DNA of 64,000 nt from Ptychomitrium polyphyllum (GCA_973851085.1 OZ316775.1:5022001-5086000); one strand, 5' to 3'; shown: positions 25,990 to 39,946, counted from the stretch's first letter. Numbers and translations are program-made. The notes: generated by a model from the sequence alone, not told the origin.

Positions 25990-28626
25990 TGCGGCGCCTA
26001 TTCTTTCAAGTGCACGAGTTTTGCACCCTTTCCTCTATTCTGCCTAATTCCAATCCCCACAGCGAGAGTATGGAGGATACCAGCTTATAGATTATAAGAC
26101 TGTTGCAGGTGCATGCAATTCCTTGTAGGAACAGGCATGAATGATTCCCTCAGCACACATTTTGTTAGACTCTCACATTAAGAATCTCCACGATCCGTAG
26201 TCCTGAGTACGCTGGCTCAGAGCGATGGTATGGAAATGCGGCAACTGTACTCATGACACGAAAGTGGCCTGTAATACCAGTGTAAATGTGATTCTAATCA
26301 TATCAACTAAGTTTCAGCTTGTTCATCTGATCATGAAGATGCATGCAGTTTTGTCAGTTGTATGTATGAAGACGGTGGATCCTCGTAGATTCTAGTTTTT
26401 TCAGCACTTGGGGATGTAAGTCTTGGTCTCCACTGGTACAAAGTCGAACTGTATTCTGCATAGCGCAAAATCATACTAGATTGCGGTCCTCACGGCATCA
26501 GAGTGGCTTGGCGTTTGCTTTGCCAGTCAAACTTGTATTTCAGTGAACTTTCATTTTACCTTCTGTTCTTCAGTGCTGGCATTGCTGGAGAAGTTCTTCA
26601 TAGTTGACAACATGAGCTCGACTCGCTGAACTTGTCTTGCTTTTCTCAAGAATTTGTTCCAACTATCCCCAACGCCAAGGTATCACAGTTGCTACTGTAG
26701 TCGTTTATTAAAAATGTATTATATCTTGGTCCCAGTTGTAGGTGTTCGCAAGTAATAAACATGATCGAGTCCCCTACTACCCTCGATCCCTTTCTCCAGC
26801 TCTGCGAAGGCGAAGTACTTATGTTATTTCTTAGTCTTAATTTGCTTCGGCGAAGTTGATCCTTGATACCGAAGTTGCTTTGAGGAAGTGCGATTCTAAC
26901 AAAACTAAGAATGATGTCAGATTTTGCAAGTGAGGAAAACGGAGCCGCACTATAACACAGGCCACGGGTACTCCCGCAACTGCGGATGTAGACATGGCAA
27001 AGGTGACATTTGTCGCCCTGGGAGTCTGTCCGATTTTCAGCCTACGGTACTAGAGCAGGTATCTTGACAAGGGCTTGACAGAATCATGTGCCGGTCGCTT
27101 AGCTTTGAAATGGAGAGAAAACTGAAGCTTTGCCGGGGAACAGGGGATGCCACGGTGAAGAGGCCAGTACATAGCATCTCATCTCCCAGAGCTTTGTCTA
27201 CGGTAACCATGTCCGCAGGCGTTTCCTGTATCCTCTATATTCTATGGACATAGCTCAGATCTGTCTGTAAATTCGATTGTCATCTACGTTAGTGTGTACC
27301 TTCTGCAGCAGGCACACACTTTCTCACGCCGTTCAACTTTTTACCCTCGTTACCGCCTCGTAGCCAACTGAGATTCACCAGTTTGGAGATTCAGTCGAAC
27401 CGTGGAGCTAAGATATTCTTACTACTTGTCGAGGTCAGGTTGAGTCTTCGTTGGAAGCACACGAGGTGGGTAACTTGCTTCACAAGCTGAGGAAGTGTGT
27501 GCTTGGCGGGTTGGAGTCTTCTGGCGGTTTTCTAGATTTGCGGTTTCGGAAGTGACGCTCACTGGTGATTCGTTTCGACGATGAAGCCACCACGGCGAGT
27601 CTCATGGACGAACCTTCAGGAGCGAGATCAAGCCCCTGCTGGGAGCAGTCAACGTAATCCAACAGGTCATTGTCCGAACCATCGCCCATGTGCTCCGATT
27701 GCTGTCCCTGGGTCCCACATCTAATTACAGTAGAGTGCATGCGGAGCGCCGGATATCTTAGTCTTCACGATGTCAGAAATTGACTTGCAGGACGTAAGTC
27801 AGTTCTTTGTGAATTCTTTTAGGTTCCAGCTGCTGGAAACGCCGAGTTTTCATCCTGCTTCTGTAATCGGTGAAGTTGGTTTTGGTGATAACGGCTGCTG
27901 GGTAGTGTACTAGTTGTCCAGCTTGGTACGCCCTTGTTTCGTCATAGAGGTGGCTGCACACAATTGCACATAACTGGAGGGCTCACCAGTTTGTCGACGA
28001 GTTTTTACAAAATTTGGTGTGGTCTGTGTAAGGTTATCATTTATACTTGGTTTTTTTCAGTCTTCCAGGGATTGATGAATTTCTCCTGTTGTTTTCTTGC
28101 TCAATTGAGTGATTACTTTTCCTCACAGATCCTCGCTAGTGCACCAGGTCATATGATATTTTATTCAATTTCTGAATCGTCTTGTTAGTCCTGACTTATC
28201 ACCCGATTCCTGCCTTGTTGGCCTTCGCACTCGCCCGCTAAATTTACAAACAACACTGAGATTCTTCATCATGGCGAGATTTGGTATCAGTATCTTGTAT
28301 CCACACTATAACTTTCCCAAAAGATGTAAATGATGTATGCTTTAGAGTGTGGCGTGTGATGTACTTTCAGTGAGAATTTTTTTGCCGTATTTTTGAATCT
28401 TTTGTGAATCTACCTCCCTCCCTCTCCATCTTTCTCTTGTTTGCTCGGAACTTTGTGTTGATTACTCACTCAGAGAGACTTGAATCTGGTGCTTCGAGAC
28501 TTGGTTTTGAGTCACCTCACAGAATTAAAGACAGCGTATACTCCATCTTAGTACCTAGAGATTATGGTCAAGGGGATATTGATTGTGACGATGCTATTTT
28601 TTGCAATTGCAGACACACATGTAAAC

Positions 28627-31600
28627 ATGGAAGACACTGATTTTGATGTGGAAGTTCCGTTGCTCTTTGATCAAGGCTACGAGTGCAGCCAGAATCAGGA
28701 AGTTAAAGTTGTAAGCGATGATGATCTCGGAGTCGAGAGCCTTGATTATGATCCCATTCATAATGTGGTATACGAGAAACTGAAGAAGCGACAATATAGT
28801 CGTAAATTCTATGGGTACTACGCTCTATCGGCCGTTAAACCAAATCCCTCTATTCCCACCTCAATTTGGTCAATAGAATACACAAAGTTTTCTCCTCTTT
28901 TCATGTTCAGTGCGCGATGCAAAGGCTTGAGTACCGTCATTATTACGGTTGGCTGTTGCAATCAATGTACACTACTTGTGACGAAGTGGATATTATTGGG
29001 ATGTGCAGGTATACGGGGCTTACACTTGCGAAATGGACGATTACAATTATTATAGGAATCCTTGTTGGTAAAATCTTCTTCCACATGTTCACTTCGAGCT
29101 CTCATATCTTTGGAAAGTATTCTAAGATTTGGGGGGAATAATAGTTGATGGCCGTTGTTTGTTAGTTCAAGTTCAGAGTGACCTGAAGTGCTTAACTTAG
29201 GCCAGCATCTACTAACAGTGCTGAATTGTTTTGGTATCTCGATCAGTAACTAAATTGAACTTTAGGGTCGTCAAATCATGCATTTAAATGAAATTAGTTT
29301 TAATTTTTGTGCACCGCAGTGAGTGCTCTCTCGACGACAAGCGCAGGTCGTAGGGTTCTACTGAGTTATCTTTTTTCGATTTGTAGGACTGATTGCGTTC
29401 ACTATTGAATCTTTTCAAGAGGTTATCATCACTTTTAAGGTAATCTTCTGATTGAAGATCGATCTTGGCAATCGTGAGGCATCCTTTGAAATTTGGTTTT
29501 CCTCAATTGCACATGTTAGTTTTGCGTTTGTTTTTGTACTTCAAATTTGACGAATGTTGCTTAAGATCATTGACGTTAAAGGGATTGCTATTGATTCAGT
29601 ATTTGTGATTGTATGTTGAGATGGTTCTTTGCGTGTATAAATTCTTTCACATCCACATTCGGGGAGGCTATGGAATCGACTCATGGCTTGGATTTTTCTT
29701 GTGGAAAGCTATGGAATTGCATCTATCCATAGTCTTTAGTATTTGATTCAATGACCTGCAGAAAGAATGGACCGAAAAATATATTGAGCGTGGATTGGGG
29801 CTAGTTTTTTTCAACTACGCAGTCATAGGTGTTGCTCTAGTTCTTCTTTCGAGTTGCTTGGTTATGTTCTGGGCTCAAGCAGCCGCGGGTGGAGGGGTAT
29901 GTATGCCTAATACTCAGATCCCTGACAATATTTTTATTAGGAGGATCTTCTCGTTCTAGGAGGATCTATCTCTTAAATGTCTCTCTTTGTAATGTGATCT
30001 TGAAGTTGTTGATATGGGCTCTGTAGCACTAGTAATGATATTTACATGGTTGCATTCGGGCTTTTTATACAGGTTACTTTAGTCATGGCTTATTTGAATG
30101 GTAATGATATACCCGATTTTTTCCGGCACAGAACTCTCTTCACAAAGGTTTGCTTTCTGTTTCTTACTATGCAGGTTCCGCTTTGATCGTGCTGAACATA
30201 ACCAATTCACAGCTTCCATTTCACTCGTTAGTGTATTTCAAGTGTATGCTGCAACAGAGTGACAATGATCTTTGGACTGTGATTTTGTGTTTGCAGATAT
30301 TGGGTACTATCTGCACAATTTCATCTGGCTTACCGGTGAGCCTCACTTCTACCGAAGGACTTATCATGTCGCTTTTTGTCTGTGTACACTATAATTGTCG
30401 GTCTTGCAGTCTTTGATGGTTATTTGTTGAAGCTCTATTATGACTGATTCTGAATATGGCCTGTCATTTGTCGTTGGGTTCAGATTGGTCAAGAAGGGCC
30501 TATGGTTCACATTGGTGGTGCCATTGCGTCTGAACTTACTTGGATGCATGGCCGGTCTCCAACAAGGAAACACACTGTGCCTGCTCCACAATCATGGTGG
30601 GAAACCTGGCGGGAGAAACTGAGGCAGCTCACACCGAAAGCGTGGATATTCGTAAGTGAGGATCATAGAATTGAGGTGTATCCATGTAGGAATAATTTCT
30701 TTATGAATAAATTGATTTCATCTGAAGTGAAGCTGTTGATAGAAGATTAAGTGAGGCATTTGTCAAAATTTGAAGACGCATTCCTAAATGACAGCACTAA
30801 CGTGCCATACAGGACTTCTACAACGATAAGGATAGGCGAGAGTTCATTTCGGCAGGAGCTGCAGCCGGGTATGTGTTTGATAAAGAAGTAGGGTTATTTG
30901 ATTAGACTTCCCTCCTCTCTGTGTCTCTATCATGTCGCGGCTGTTTCTTTGCAATTAAACACGCAGTGAGTTTTGTTTTAAATATTCATTACGAAGACCT
31001 TGGCGTTTAAATAGCTATAGAAGAAATCTGTTTGGCTAGCATCTGTCCTAGTCTTATGATAAATTCACCATCAATTAAGATAAAACCTTATGTTTTTTAC
31101 AGCTTGGCAGCAGCTTTTGGTGCACCGATTGGTGGCGTCCTATTTTCTATGGAGGAAGCCTCTAGTTTCTGGTCCAGAAAGGTTTAGCCACTCTTAAAAT
31201 GACTCGTATCTGTAATATTCTGATATCTCCACATATTTGTCGGCTTATAATGCTACGATGATATAATGTAAAGTTCCTACCAATTTGTATTTTTTAGTGT
31301 TTCTGTGTCTCACTAGTGCCTTAAGTTTGATGTGTTGATGGCTTTGTGCGCAGGTCATGTGGCGGTCGCTTTTATGCACAACATGCGCCACCATGATTTT
31401 GTCATGGCTTAATCAACGGTATTCTCTGTTCTCTTTGGCTTTTTGGACTTCTGGATTCCCGAGCTTGGCAAGGCCTAGCTGGTTGCATAAGAGGCATTTA
31501 AAAGTGGTTTCACACAGAAGTGCTGTGTGGTTTAGGGTTTACTTGTTTCAAATTGATAATTCCATATGAATTGTGACAGGCAATTTTCATTCTCATTACC

Positions 31601-34600
31601 GGGCACCATCTCATTTCACGGTCTTAAGGTAATTAAAATACCTTCAATTATCACTTACTTGAATATTGAATACAATGATGAGGATCTATTACATGAGGAT
31701 CTATCATATTTGATTCTCTCCATGGCCTTTAACTTTTGGTTTTATTTCGTGGATATTTCTGCATTTAAAGCTTCAGAACATTTTATCTAGGTCCAGTCCA
31801 ATTAATGTTTTTTTCTAAGTAGAATATAAAGTTTTCATGGTCATCTAGGTCAGGTATTCAATAAACCCTTTCAGTTAAGTGTTTAGTTTCTGTTGTTCTA
31901 GAAACTTTCCTTCTGCTCAATTCTCAATGACATCCTAAATCCTTGGCTGAGCTGGGTAAAAAGATAGTTCTGTGATTTCGAAAATTAATCCATATCTTAA
32001 TTGTTTGGAATGTTTCGTCTGTGTGCTGTTCCAGCCTGAATTCGATCTCATAGACTTGCCACTATTTGTGGTCACAAGCGTCTTCGCTGGAGTGATCGGT
32101 GCTTTTCTGAACATAATTCATGACTGGCTTGCTCAATTTCGACCGTCATCCAAGCACAGGGCAATGAGGTGCACTTCATTCCATACAGTAATTTTAGTTT
32201 ATTCTTTGTAACATATTAGCTTTATTGACTGAATGACAATAGTTTCTATGTAACTTAATCATTATCATTGGCAAGCCAATAAAGGCAGCATTGCATGCTT
32301 TTCAGGAAGCTTAGGGGCTGAGTTCCTGTTCAAGGCTCTAAGATAGTTGCATACAGATATTACAGATACTTCACCTGATTCAAATTATACTGGGACGTGC
32401 TTCGATCCGTGAACTTAGATTGCAGCTTACAGTTGTTAAAATTTCACGAGAATTTAAAGCAGAACTTTTTTCTGCTGGTGTAAGACCTAAGTACACACAT
32501 TGTAAGTTACGCTTACAGGTGTTTGAAATTTGTTATTTTGGTTGAGTGACGCAGGGTGCTTGAGGCGTGTCTTATAACATTCATTTCAGTCACCACCATT
32601 TTTATGCTGCCCCACTATTTTGGACATTGTCTACCTATCCAAAAAGCGTATGTTGATCGCTGTGCACTGCTTGTACTCCGTGTTATGTGGCAAGATTTAA
32701 TCTCTCTGCAAATGCAATCATGTTAAATAAACCTATAAACCTAAGTACAGTAAGGTGCACATGAGTATATCAGCGAAGTGCAGATCTACACTTCAGAGCT
32801 TGATTTCATGTGGTAGACTAGGTGGGTTACTGATGATGTTTGCTATAAAAGTAGGTCTGGAGTCTTATATATGATAATTCTTGGTTGAAGTTGTCACTCC
32901 TGAAGTGCTTCGTCCTTATGGATGTTAGCAAATAATTTGATACATGATATCTTTTGCAGGCAAGAGGGCGATGACTATTGGTTCAGATATACATGTCCGC
33001 TACCAGATCAGGAAACGGGGATCTTCTATTATAATGATCTGGCCTCTCTTTACTTTGCCGTCCCACGTCAGGTTCTTTAGCATTCGGCTTCGACTCTTGC
33101 ACAGAAAAGAAATACCTATGTTGTTTTGTGTCGTATGTCGCAAATGTGCCTAATTTTCTGATTGGCGTTCTCTGGATTTGTAACGAGCTTGAAACTGGAC
33201 TCTAAAAATTAACTCGTTGATGATTCAGACGATTCAGCAGCTACTAGAATTAGGAGGTGCTGGCGATTCTCCGTTCACTATTAGTAGTCTAAGCATCCAC
33301 TCGAGTTCTTTTCTTTTGCTGTTTCTTCTAGCTTACGGCATTGCAACTCCAGGCGGCATTTTTATGCCTTCCATCATGGTACGTATTTCTCCTTGATCAG
33401 ATTATTCTTCATAATTTGTATTTGTTGAGCTTCTTTCACTTGTTATTGTGGCTCCAGACAATCGCCTCGCAAATGTCATTCTGTATATCTCTGCTGACTT
33501 CCTTGGAATCCTGTCTGCGAGGGCACTTCTGAATCTCGTCTCTTAACCATTTTGTGAGGGATCGTTACTTACGTTGTGACGAATATTCTCTTTTATCTGC
33601 TTACAGTTAGTTTTTACCAGGTGGGTGCGTCCTTTGGAGCATTTTTGGGGCGCATTTTTAAGGAATTATTTCCACGGTAAGGAGAAGTATCAGCATATCT
33701 TTTCCATTTCCCTGCGCTTTTAAGAACTCCAAGTATTCTGCGACCACCGTCTTAATTCTAAATGTACAGCTTGAATATTTGTATCGTCAAGAAAACTGGC
33801 TCAGCATTGAGTTATAGCCTCAACGGATATGCTTCAAAGTTAAAAATGAGTCAATTATTTGGAGTTTGCTACAATTGTTTTGTCAAATTTTATATTTCAT
33901 TATGTGATCGAACTTCTAAATTTCAGTCTAACGCTATCCTCCATCTCAGTAATTTTGGGTTCAGGGATTTTTCGATTTCTACCATTCTTGACATTTGGTG
34001 GTTGGTTTTGCAGGTGGTCAGTACAACCAGGTATGCATGCGCTTGTGGGGGCGACTGCTATGCTCGGTGGAGTTTTTCGAAGTTCCATATCCTTGGTATA
34101 GTGCGACTTCCATTTTTTCCGAATCTTAATCTGGCTGTCATGTGAGCATCACTCTTCATTTTGAATGAACGAAAGCACTGTGAACGGTTCTTATTTTTGA
34201 CACATAAAAATACTTGGTAGTCATACGGTGACGGTCTGAACGTTCTGAATGTTCTAATTTTTTCAAGGGAAGCATTGACAGGAAATGATTGATCGATATA
34301 TTTCTTTAGAGAGGGTTGGCCTTGGCACTCTCTTCATAATGACTCAAAGGATTCTCATTTTAAATTATCGTTCTTTCCGAGGATGATGGTTGGACATGCT
34401 ATATTTATACGAGGCATCTTTTGCTTCGTTTTTAATGCATTATCCTTGTGTGCTGAGAGCCCATTACTTGCAGGTGGTGATCATGGTGGAAGGGACAGGT
34501 GGAATCGAGTTCTTACTCCCAGTCATACTCGCTATTGTTCTCTCCAACTGGGTGGCCCATTACATCCATTCGGCAGGAGCCTATGAGTCTGACTTGGAGC

Positions 34601-36527
34601 GTATAGGTATAACGTCTTTTCTGATATTCCAATTTGTATGGAAGTCTTCAAACTTTAAGCCCCTTCTATTGGCATTCCCAAAGTTTGGTCGCACATCTGT
34701 ACTTTCTAGGCGGTATGTTTGATGTATTTGGCTTACTGGCAAACGTCTCACTACAATATCGGTCGCTTTTCTATATTGCAGGGGAAGTCCATTTTCTGCA
34801 AAGTGAGCCGTCGCAGAAATTTCACTTGGTCACGGCTAGAGACATCATGGCATCCGATGTGATATGTTTCAAAGAGGTAACCATCATCTTGCGCCTGAAA
34901 TGCGGTTCGAAGGCTCTCTGAATACAACACGTATCCATGTAATAGTTAACATTCATTGAATTTTTTTTGAGAACGTACCGTATAACTTAACGTGGCTGGA
35001 GTCATCTACTCGCGTTGTAGAGCAATAATACCCTGAATTTCTGATTAGATAGCTTTGCCACACCCACTATTTTGCATCTAAGTTTCTTTTGCGAGTCTAC
35101 TCCTAAAACAATCATCCGGCTTTCTGACACTTTCTCTTATCTTCTGTCCCTTTTACAGATTACCTCCGTGGCAATGGTTGTCGAGGTGCTCCGTGAGACA
35201 TGTCACAATGGTTTTCCTATTATTCGACACACGCACGGTGATGCTTATAATCCCGATGGACAGCTAGTTGGTGTTATACTAAGGCACCAGATCTTGTTGC
35301 TCTTAGAGCAACGCGCAGTTTTTGAGGCAGATGCAGCAACGTTGGATCGACCTATGCGTCACGGTTGCGGTTTGCGGCTGCCGCGGCTGACGAAAGAGCA
35401 ACAACTTTTGGACCGACTCATGCGTGTATATCACCATGCTCATTATCCCCACCGGCGGTATTTAAGCTCAAGGCCTGAGGCAGTTACTGAATTGGAAATC
35501 GACGAACTCTTAGAGGTAATTGATGCTACAGTACTTGACCAGAACGCAATGGTTTTCCTATTATTCGAGCCTGATGGTGATAGGCTGGCTGATTTTACGA
35601 CATAGAAATACATATTACTAGTTTCTAATTTTAACGCACTAAATAACTGTTTGCAGAATATGCTTTATCTAAATTGTGGTTCCTTCATATGAGGTCTACC
35701 CACCTCGTTAGGTATGAAGATAAAATTCAAATTTCACACCCTCGTGGCTTGATCTTCGTTTTTCAGGAATTCGCAATGCCGACAGTCAATGGCGACAGTA
35801 GTACGATCAACCTTGGAGAAGGTCGATCAACGTGCGAGGACGTGGAGCTGGCCATGAATCATTCTGGCAAAGAATTGGCCATAGATTTCCGGCCATGGAT
35901 GAATCGCGCACCCTTAACGGTTGGTGCATGTTCAATATATTCTCAGTTTGGCCATTAGTACATGGCAGTTATTCTGAATTACTGAGTTTATGATCTTTTT
36001 GCATGAATCACTCTAGATTTAATCAATCTAGGTACCTGTTTTGACTCACCTTGGCCTTACAAGTCGCCATGTTGTCTCTGTTATGCAGGTTCGGGCTGAA
36101 ACTTCAGCACGTCGAGTATACATCATTTTCCGGACATTAGGTTTGCGGCACCTTTGTGTAACTGATGCGAGTAACAGGTCAGTTTTTGTTTTCATTAAAG
36201 CCATCGCCGCTTAATATATTGATTAGGATTTAGGCTAGTGACAAGCAATTCGGAAATCAGTACTTGCCAAGAAATGAATTCAAGCAATTCGGGGTTACTA
36301 AGAATATCTTATGCATACTGTGGGACCTGGATGTTTTGTGCAGGGTAGTAGGTATTATTACGAGGAAAGACATAGCTAACGCGCACAAGGAGTTGGAGAT
36401 TGACCCCGATACACCTAAGGAGTCCGCAGAATATGAGAACAGCCAGTCCTTCGGAGTGAGGTCTTTCAATAATCGAGCAAGCTTCAAGGACAGATCGCCA
36501 AGAGATGTGCTGTTCTCATTACCGTAA
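28627..36527 (+). CDS. CLC-family anion channel/antiporter with two CBS domains (CLC-d/CLC-6/7-like, atypical filter). 23 coding exons: 28627-28814, 29009-29067, 29387-29439, 29762-29896, 30073-30147, 30297-30335, 30484-30651, 30813-30868, 31103-31181, 31354-31418, 31580-31628, 32035-32168, 32555-32647, 32960-33071, 33229-33378, 33621-33676, 34014-34095, 34474-34606, 34782-34876, 35159-35515, 35767-35919, 36089-36177, 36344-36527
   Basis: All introns are GT-AG and in phase. Motifs [64 protein letters not shown] and VVGIITRKD. Confidence 0.93.
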
Positions 36528-37410
36528 TTAGAGCATGAATACATATGATGCGTATGACTCAAGTGCGAGATCATGTGCAAGTGAAGTAAGCTTAGGCACA
36601 ACACGATATTTCTCACAATTTACATGGTTTTCTGGATGTAGAGTATTCCAATATCTCCTATATAGAAAATCCCTCCGGCTCAGTTTCTAGAAGATGGTGA
36701 TGATGAAAGTAATAACTTCAGTTCTGTACAGGTACGTGATAGGTGACTTATACATGTAAGTGCGAAGTAAGTTTTATGGACGTTTGGGACAGGGTCCTAC
36801 TTTGTTAGCAGAGGATACGATCACATTTTGACAGAGACTCGATCGAAACCTGAAACAGAAAGTAGGCAAACTCTGCAGCCTCAAACCTTCCTACACGCAA
36901 AACTGAAGCATTACCTGAGTTACTTCGGTAGAGTGTCCAGGTCCACGATACACTTTGTGCAAGACGACGAAGTTCTCACAAACATTATTGAAAACTTGGT
37001 AAACCTCGTAAAGCGCGAATTGAAGATTCAAATGCAGGTGAGTGATATAACATTTCCAGGCCGCACATCCAGAGGGAACCGTTCTACACCGTACTACCAC
37101 CAAGCTGCCAATAAAGAACCTGTAGCAGCTGAAGAAGATCGCCAAACAAACAAGTTTAAACTTTGAAGCAGAAACCGAATCGGAAATACTCGTGTACGAG
37201 ATCGATTTTATTCTATCAAAAGAACTGCGAAAGCTACAATTCCGACCTACAAAATGCAACAATTCTAAGGAAACGTTCTACAGGTAAGCTATCTACAAGC
37301 AGGTCATGTAGTGTGTACAAGCAAGTCATTTGAGCTGCACAGACTAGGTACGGTACAATTCAAACAAAAAGTAATACCTTGGAGGACACAACAGAACGCC
37401 GGCCTCTTTG

Positions 37411-38382
37411 TTAAGCAGCAACAGCCGGCGGTTGTATCAACTGCAAGTTATTTCTTGCAATCGTGACGCCGATGCAAGCATCGACGAAGTCGGGCTCCAC
37501 AAAATCCTCGGAGAAGATCTGCAAGCGGTCGGCCAGGCCCTGCTTGAAGACCTCCGCCAGGAACAGCCTCGCGTAGCCTCGGATGCGGGTGGTGACGGGA
37601 TACACACACAGCACGGGCCCTGTGGCCTGCGGGGTGGCCGTGTTCTCCACGCGGTAGAAGTACGTTCTCTGGTCGTTCGGAGGCTGTTTCTGCAGGTTTG
37701 TGATGTTTCCGGAGAATTTTGTGAGCGGCAGGTCGGTGTCGATCCAGTTGTCCTTCAGGTAGGCGGAGCTCCAGAGCGGGGAGCCCGGAGAGGGCGCGGG
37801 TTCCTGGCGAGGCCGCCAGATGCAGAAGACGCGCTTAGGGAGGAGCTCGCTCAAGGGCCTGCCGAAGAAGCTGGCGTCCTGCGGGATCAAGTGCTCGCCG
37901 AGCTGCTCGATAAGCCACGTGTCGAAGGCGGGCGGGTCCTTGTAGCTGAACTCAGTGCGAATCTCCAGGATGACGAACTCACTCTTGGTCTCGCCTAGGA
38001 AGCGCTTGAGGTCGTTGATCACGACGTCTACGAGGTAGCTCTTGAGTGGGCCGTGGCAAACTTTGCGGTCCTGTTGCACGCGGATGTCGAGCACGCGTAC
38101 GCCGATGCAGAGCTGGTCGTACACGGAGAGCTTCTGGCATTGCGCAAAGGGGCGGGAAATGGCGGGCAGGCCGATCTTGTTGGTGGCGGAGTCGTGGGTG
38201 CCTGGCCACACGACGTCGCGCACCTTGAGATTCTGCAGCGGGAGTGTGGCCATCCATTCTTTGGGGTTGGGGTGGTGGAAGTCACACCCCGGGAACGCCA
38301 TCTCTGTGGGCATGGCCACCTTCTCCTTGAGCTGCGCCTTCTCCCCCTTCACCAGCTTCTCCCGCGACACTTGGGCTCCCAT
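37411..38382 (-). CDS. PI-PLC X-domain (bacterial PI-PLC-like) phosphodiesterase, intronless CDS, 323 aa
   Basis: WPGTHDSAT, YDQLCIGVRVLDIRV, CHG and EFVILEIRTE are PLC-X motifs, including both catalytic His. GC-rich coding bias. MGAQVS is a possible N-myristoylation signal. Confidence 0.9.
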   Translation of the reverse strand: MGAQVSREKLVKGEKAQLKEKVAMPTEMAFPGCDFHHPNPKEWMATLPLQNLKVRDVVWPGTHDSATNKIGLPAISRPFAQCQKLSVYDQLCIGVRVLDIRVQQDRKVCHGPLKSYLVDVVINDLKRFLGETKSEFVILEIRTEFSYKDPPAFDTWLIEQLGEHLIPQDASFFGRPLSELLPKRVFCIWRPRQEPAPSPGSPLWSSAYLKDNWIDTDLPLTKFSGNITNLQKQPPNDQRTYFYRVENTATPQATGPVLCVYPVTTRIRGYARLFLAEVFKQGLADRLQIFSEDFVEPDFVDACIGVTIARNNLQLIQPPAVAA

Positions 38383-39786
38383 GATTCTATCTGCACTTCA
38401 CACACACCGCGACGTCGTCGTCGTTGCTTGGATTAATACACATGCAATTCGACGCGGTCTTACAGAGTAGCCTCACATTGCTGCAGCTTAATGTCACGGA
38501 GAAATAACCTACACCCCTTGGCTACCACAATATTGCTCAAAAGTTGTACCGACTGCTGAGAAATTATGTTGTAAACAAGGTGGAAAGTTTGGAAAGCCTT
38601 CAACCGAGACACTCACCTAGGTCCACTTCAAAGCTTCAAAGAACTGCCGACGTTCTCCGACGTCGCCGACTTGGATCTTGAAGCTCTGTTTGCTTTCGAA
38701 CCGTAGAGACGAGGTTGCAAGACAGCTGCTTGGAAGACAAGGTCAAGCTCTGACCACAGTGACACCACCACTACTAGAATACTTTGACTCACTAACCGAA
38801 TCCCCAAAAACGATTCAGCACTTCAACGAATGTGGTTGCAGTGACAGCCGGCCAACCGTCCCCAACAGCGCATCAAATCTCCCAAAATCACTACTCACAA
38901 TGAATTCCTCAGTCTCAGCCTACCATGGAATGTTTCTAAAAACATCAAGCAGAGAAGGTCGTCCTGCTCCTCGCCGTCGATGAATCTGGCCCGATTACTA
39001 CAAGAACACTCATCAAATTATGACCCACCAGTGTCACAGTACCGTGCAGCTTTGCAATGCAGCAAGCGTTCCTCACCGCCACCGAAAGATTTGCGTACAT
39101 ATCCAAATGAAGGTTTCTACGCTACTGTACCAAAAGCATTTCCCGCGTGCTCATTCCTCAGGCTGAACTCGTGCACTCCAATGACCGTCTCCCCGGCCAA
39201 TAGGCAAGAATTACTGGTCGAAACGCACATCCTCTCCCGAGTTCCGAAGTCCCATCTTTCCAGCGCATACACCGTCTATTGTCAGTAATAAGCTGGTTGA
39301 CAAATGGTTACCAACGCAGCATGAACAGAACCGGATCGCCCTGCAGTGTTTGAGAAGCAAGTTCGAGCTCTGGTAACATGACCTGTTCTTTGACTAGGTA
39401 CTGGAATAAAAAACTGAGCGAGATGGTTGCTAAACACCAGTGGGCACTGGGCAGTTGTACTCTTGTGGGCCAACATCGGCGTGGCTTAAGGTCCCATTTT
39501 ATAGGGACGGAGATTCGGGAATTTGCCCACGTGGAATCGCCAATCTGGCAGAGTTGTGCTGCATCGACGATGTGTCAAAGATTTGTGCACGTCAACGGAG
39601 TAAGATGTCCATTTGCATCCTTAAGAAAAAAGAAAAAAGAAGTTTTGTGCACGAAAGAAGAGACAAATACTCGCTGGCCATCAACATATCAGATGGAGGG
39701 TAATCCAGAGGAGAGAGAAGGGATGCCCTTTACCATGGATCTGGTTTGCCTATCACCGGGGATGTCTGTAGCTCCGATGTGGGCGA

Positions 39787-39862
39787 TGCATGTGAGTGAG
39801 AATGTTTGGAGTGTTGAACTGCATGTGAGTGAGAATGTTTGGAGTGTTGAACTGCATGTGAG
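39787..39862. repeat. 33-bp tandem duplication TGCATGTGAGTGAGAATGTTTGGAGTGTTGAAC, about 2.3 copies
   Basis: Exact copies at 39787 and 39820 and a partial copy at 39853, just upstream of the DUF3429 gene. Confidence 0.9.
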
Positions 39863-39946
39863 ACGATTGCATTCTGTGGGAGGTTAGGGAGATTGGATTT
39901 TGGTTTTCTTGAGGGAAAGGCCAAGTGTGTTTGGTGGGAGACAACA

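Noticed and set aside
26764..26920. Short inverted repeats downstream of RabA5
   Set aside because: The stems are short or heavily interrupted and not convincing as an RNA gene.
27480..28600. Short ORFs upstream of the CLC start as conserved-peptide uORFs
   Set aside because: The transcript structure is unknown and no known uORF motif is present, so the sequence alone cannot support them.
37408..37998. 196-aa antisense ORF over the PI-PLC-X gene, and similar shadow ORFs over CHLH, RabA5 and GHR
   Set aside because: Expected by-product of GC-rich coding sequence, with no recognisable motifs.
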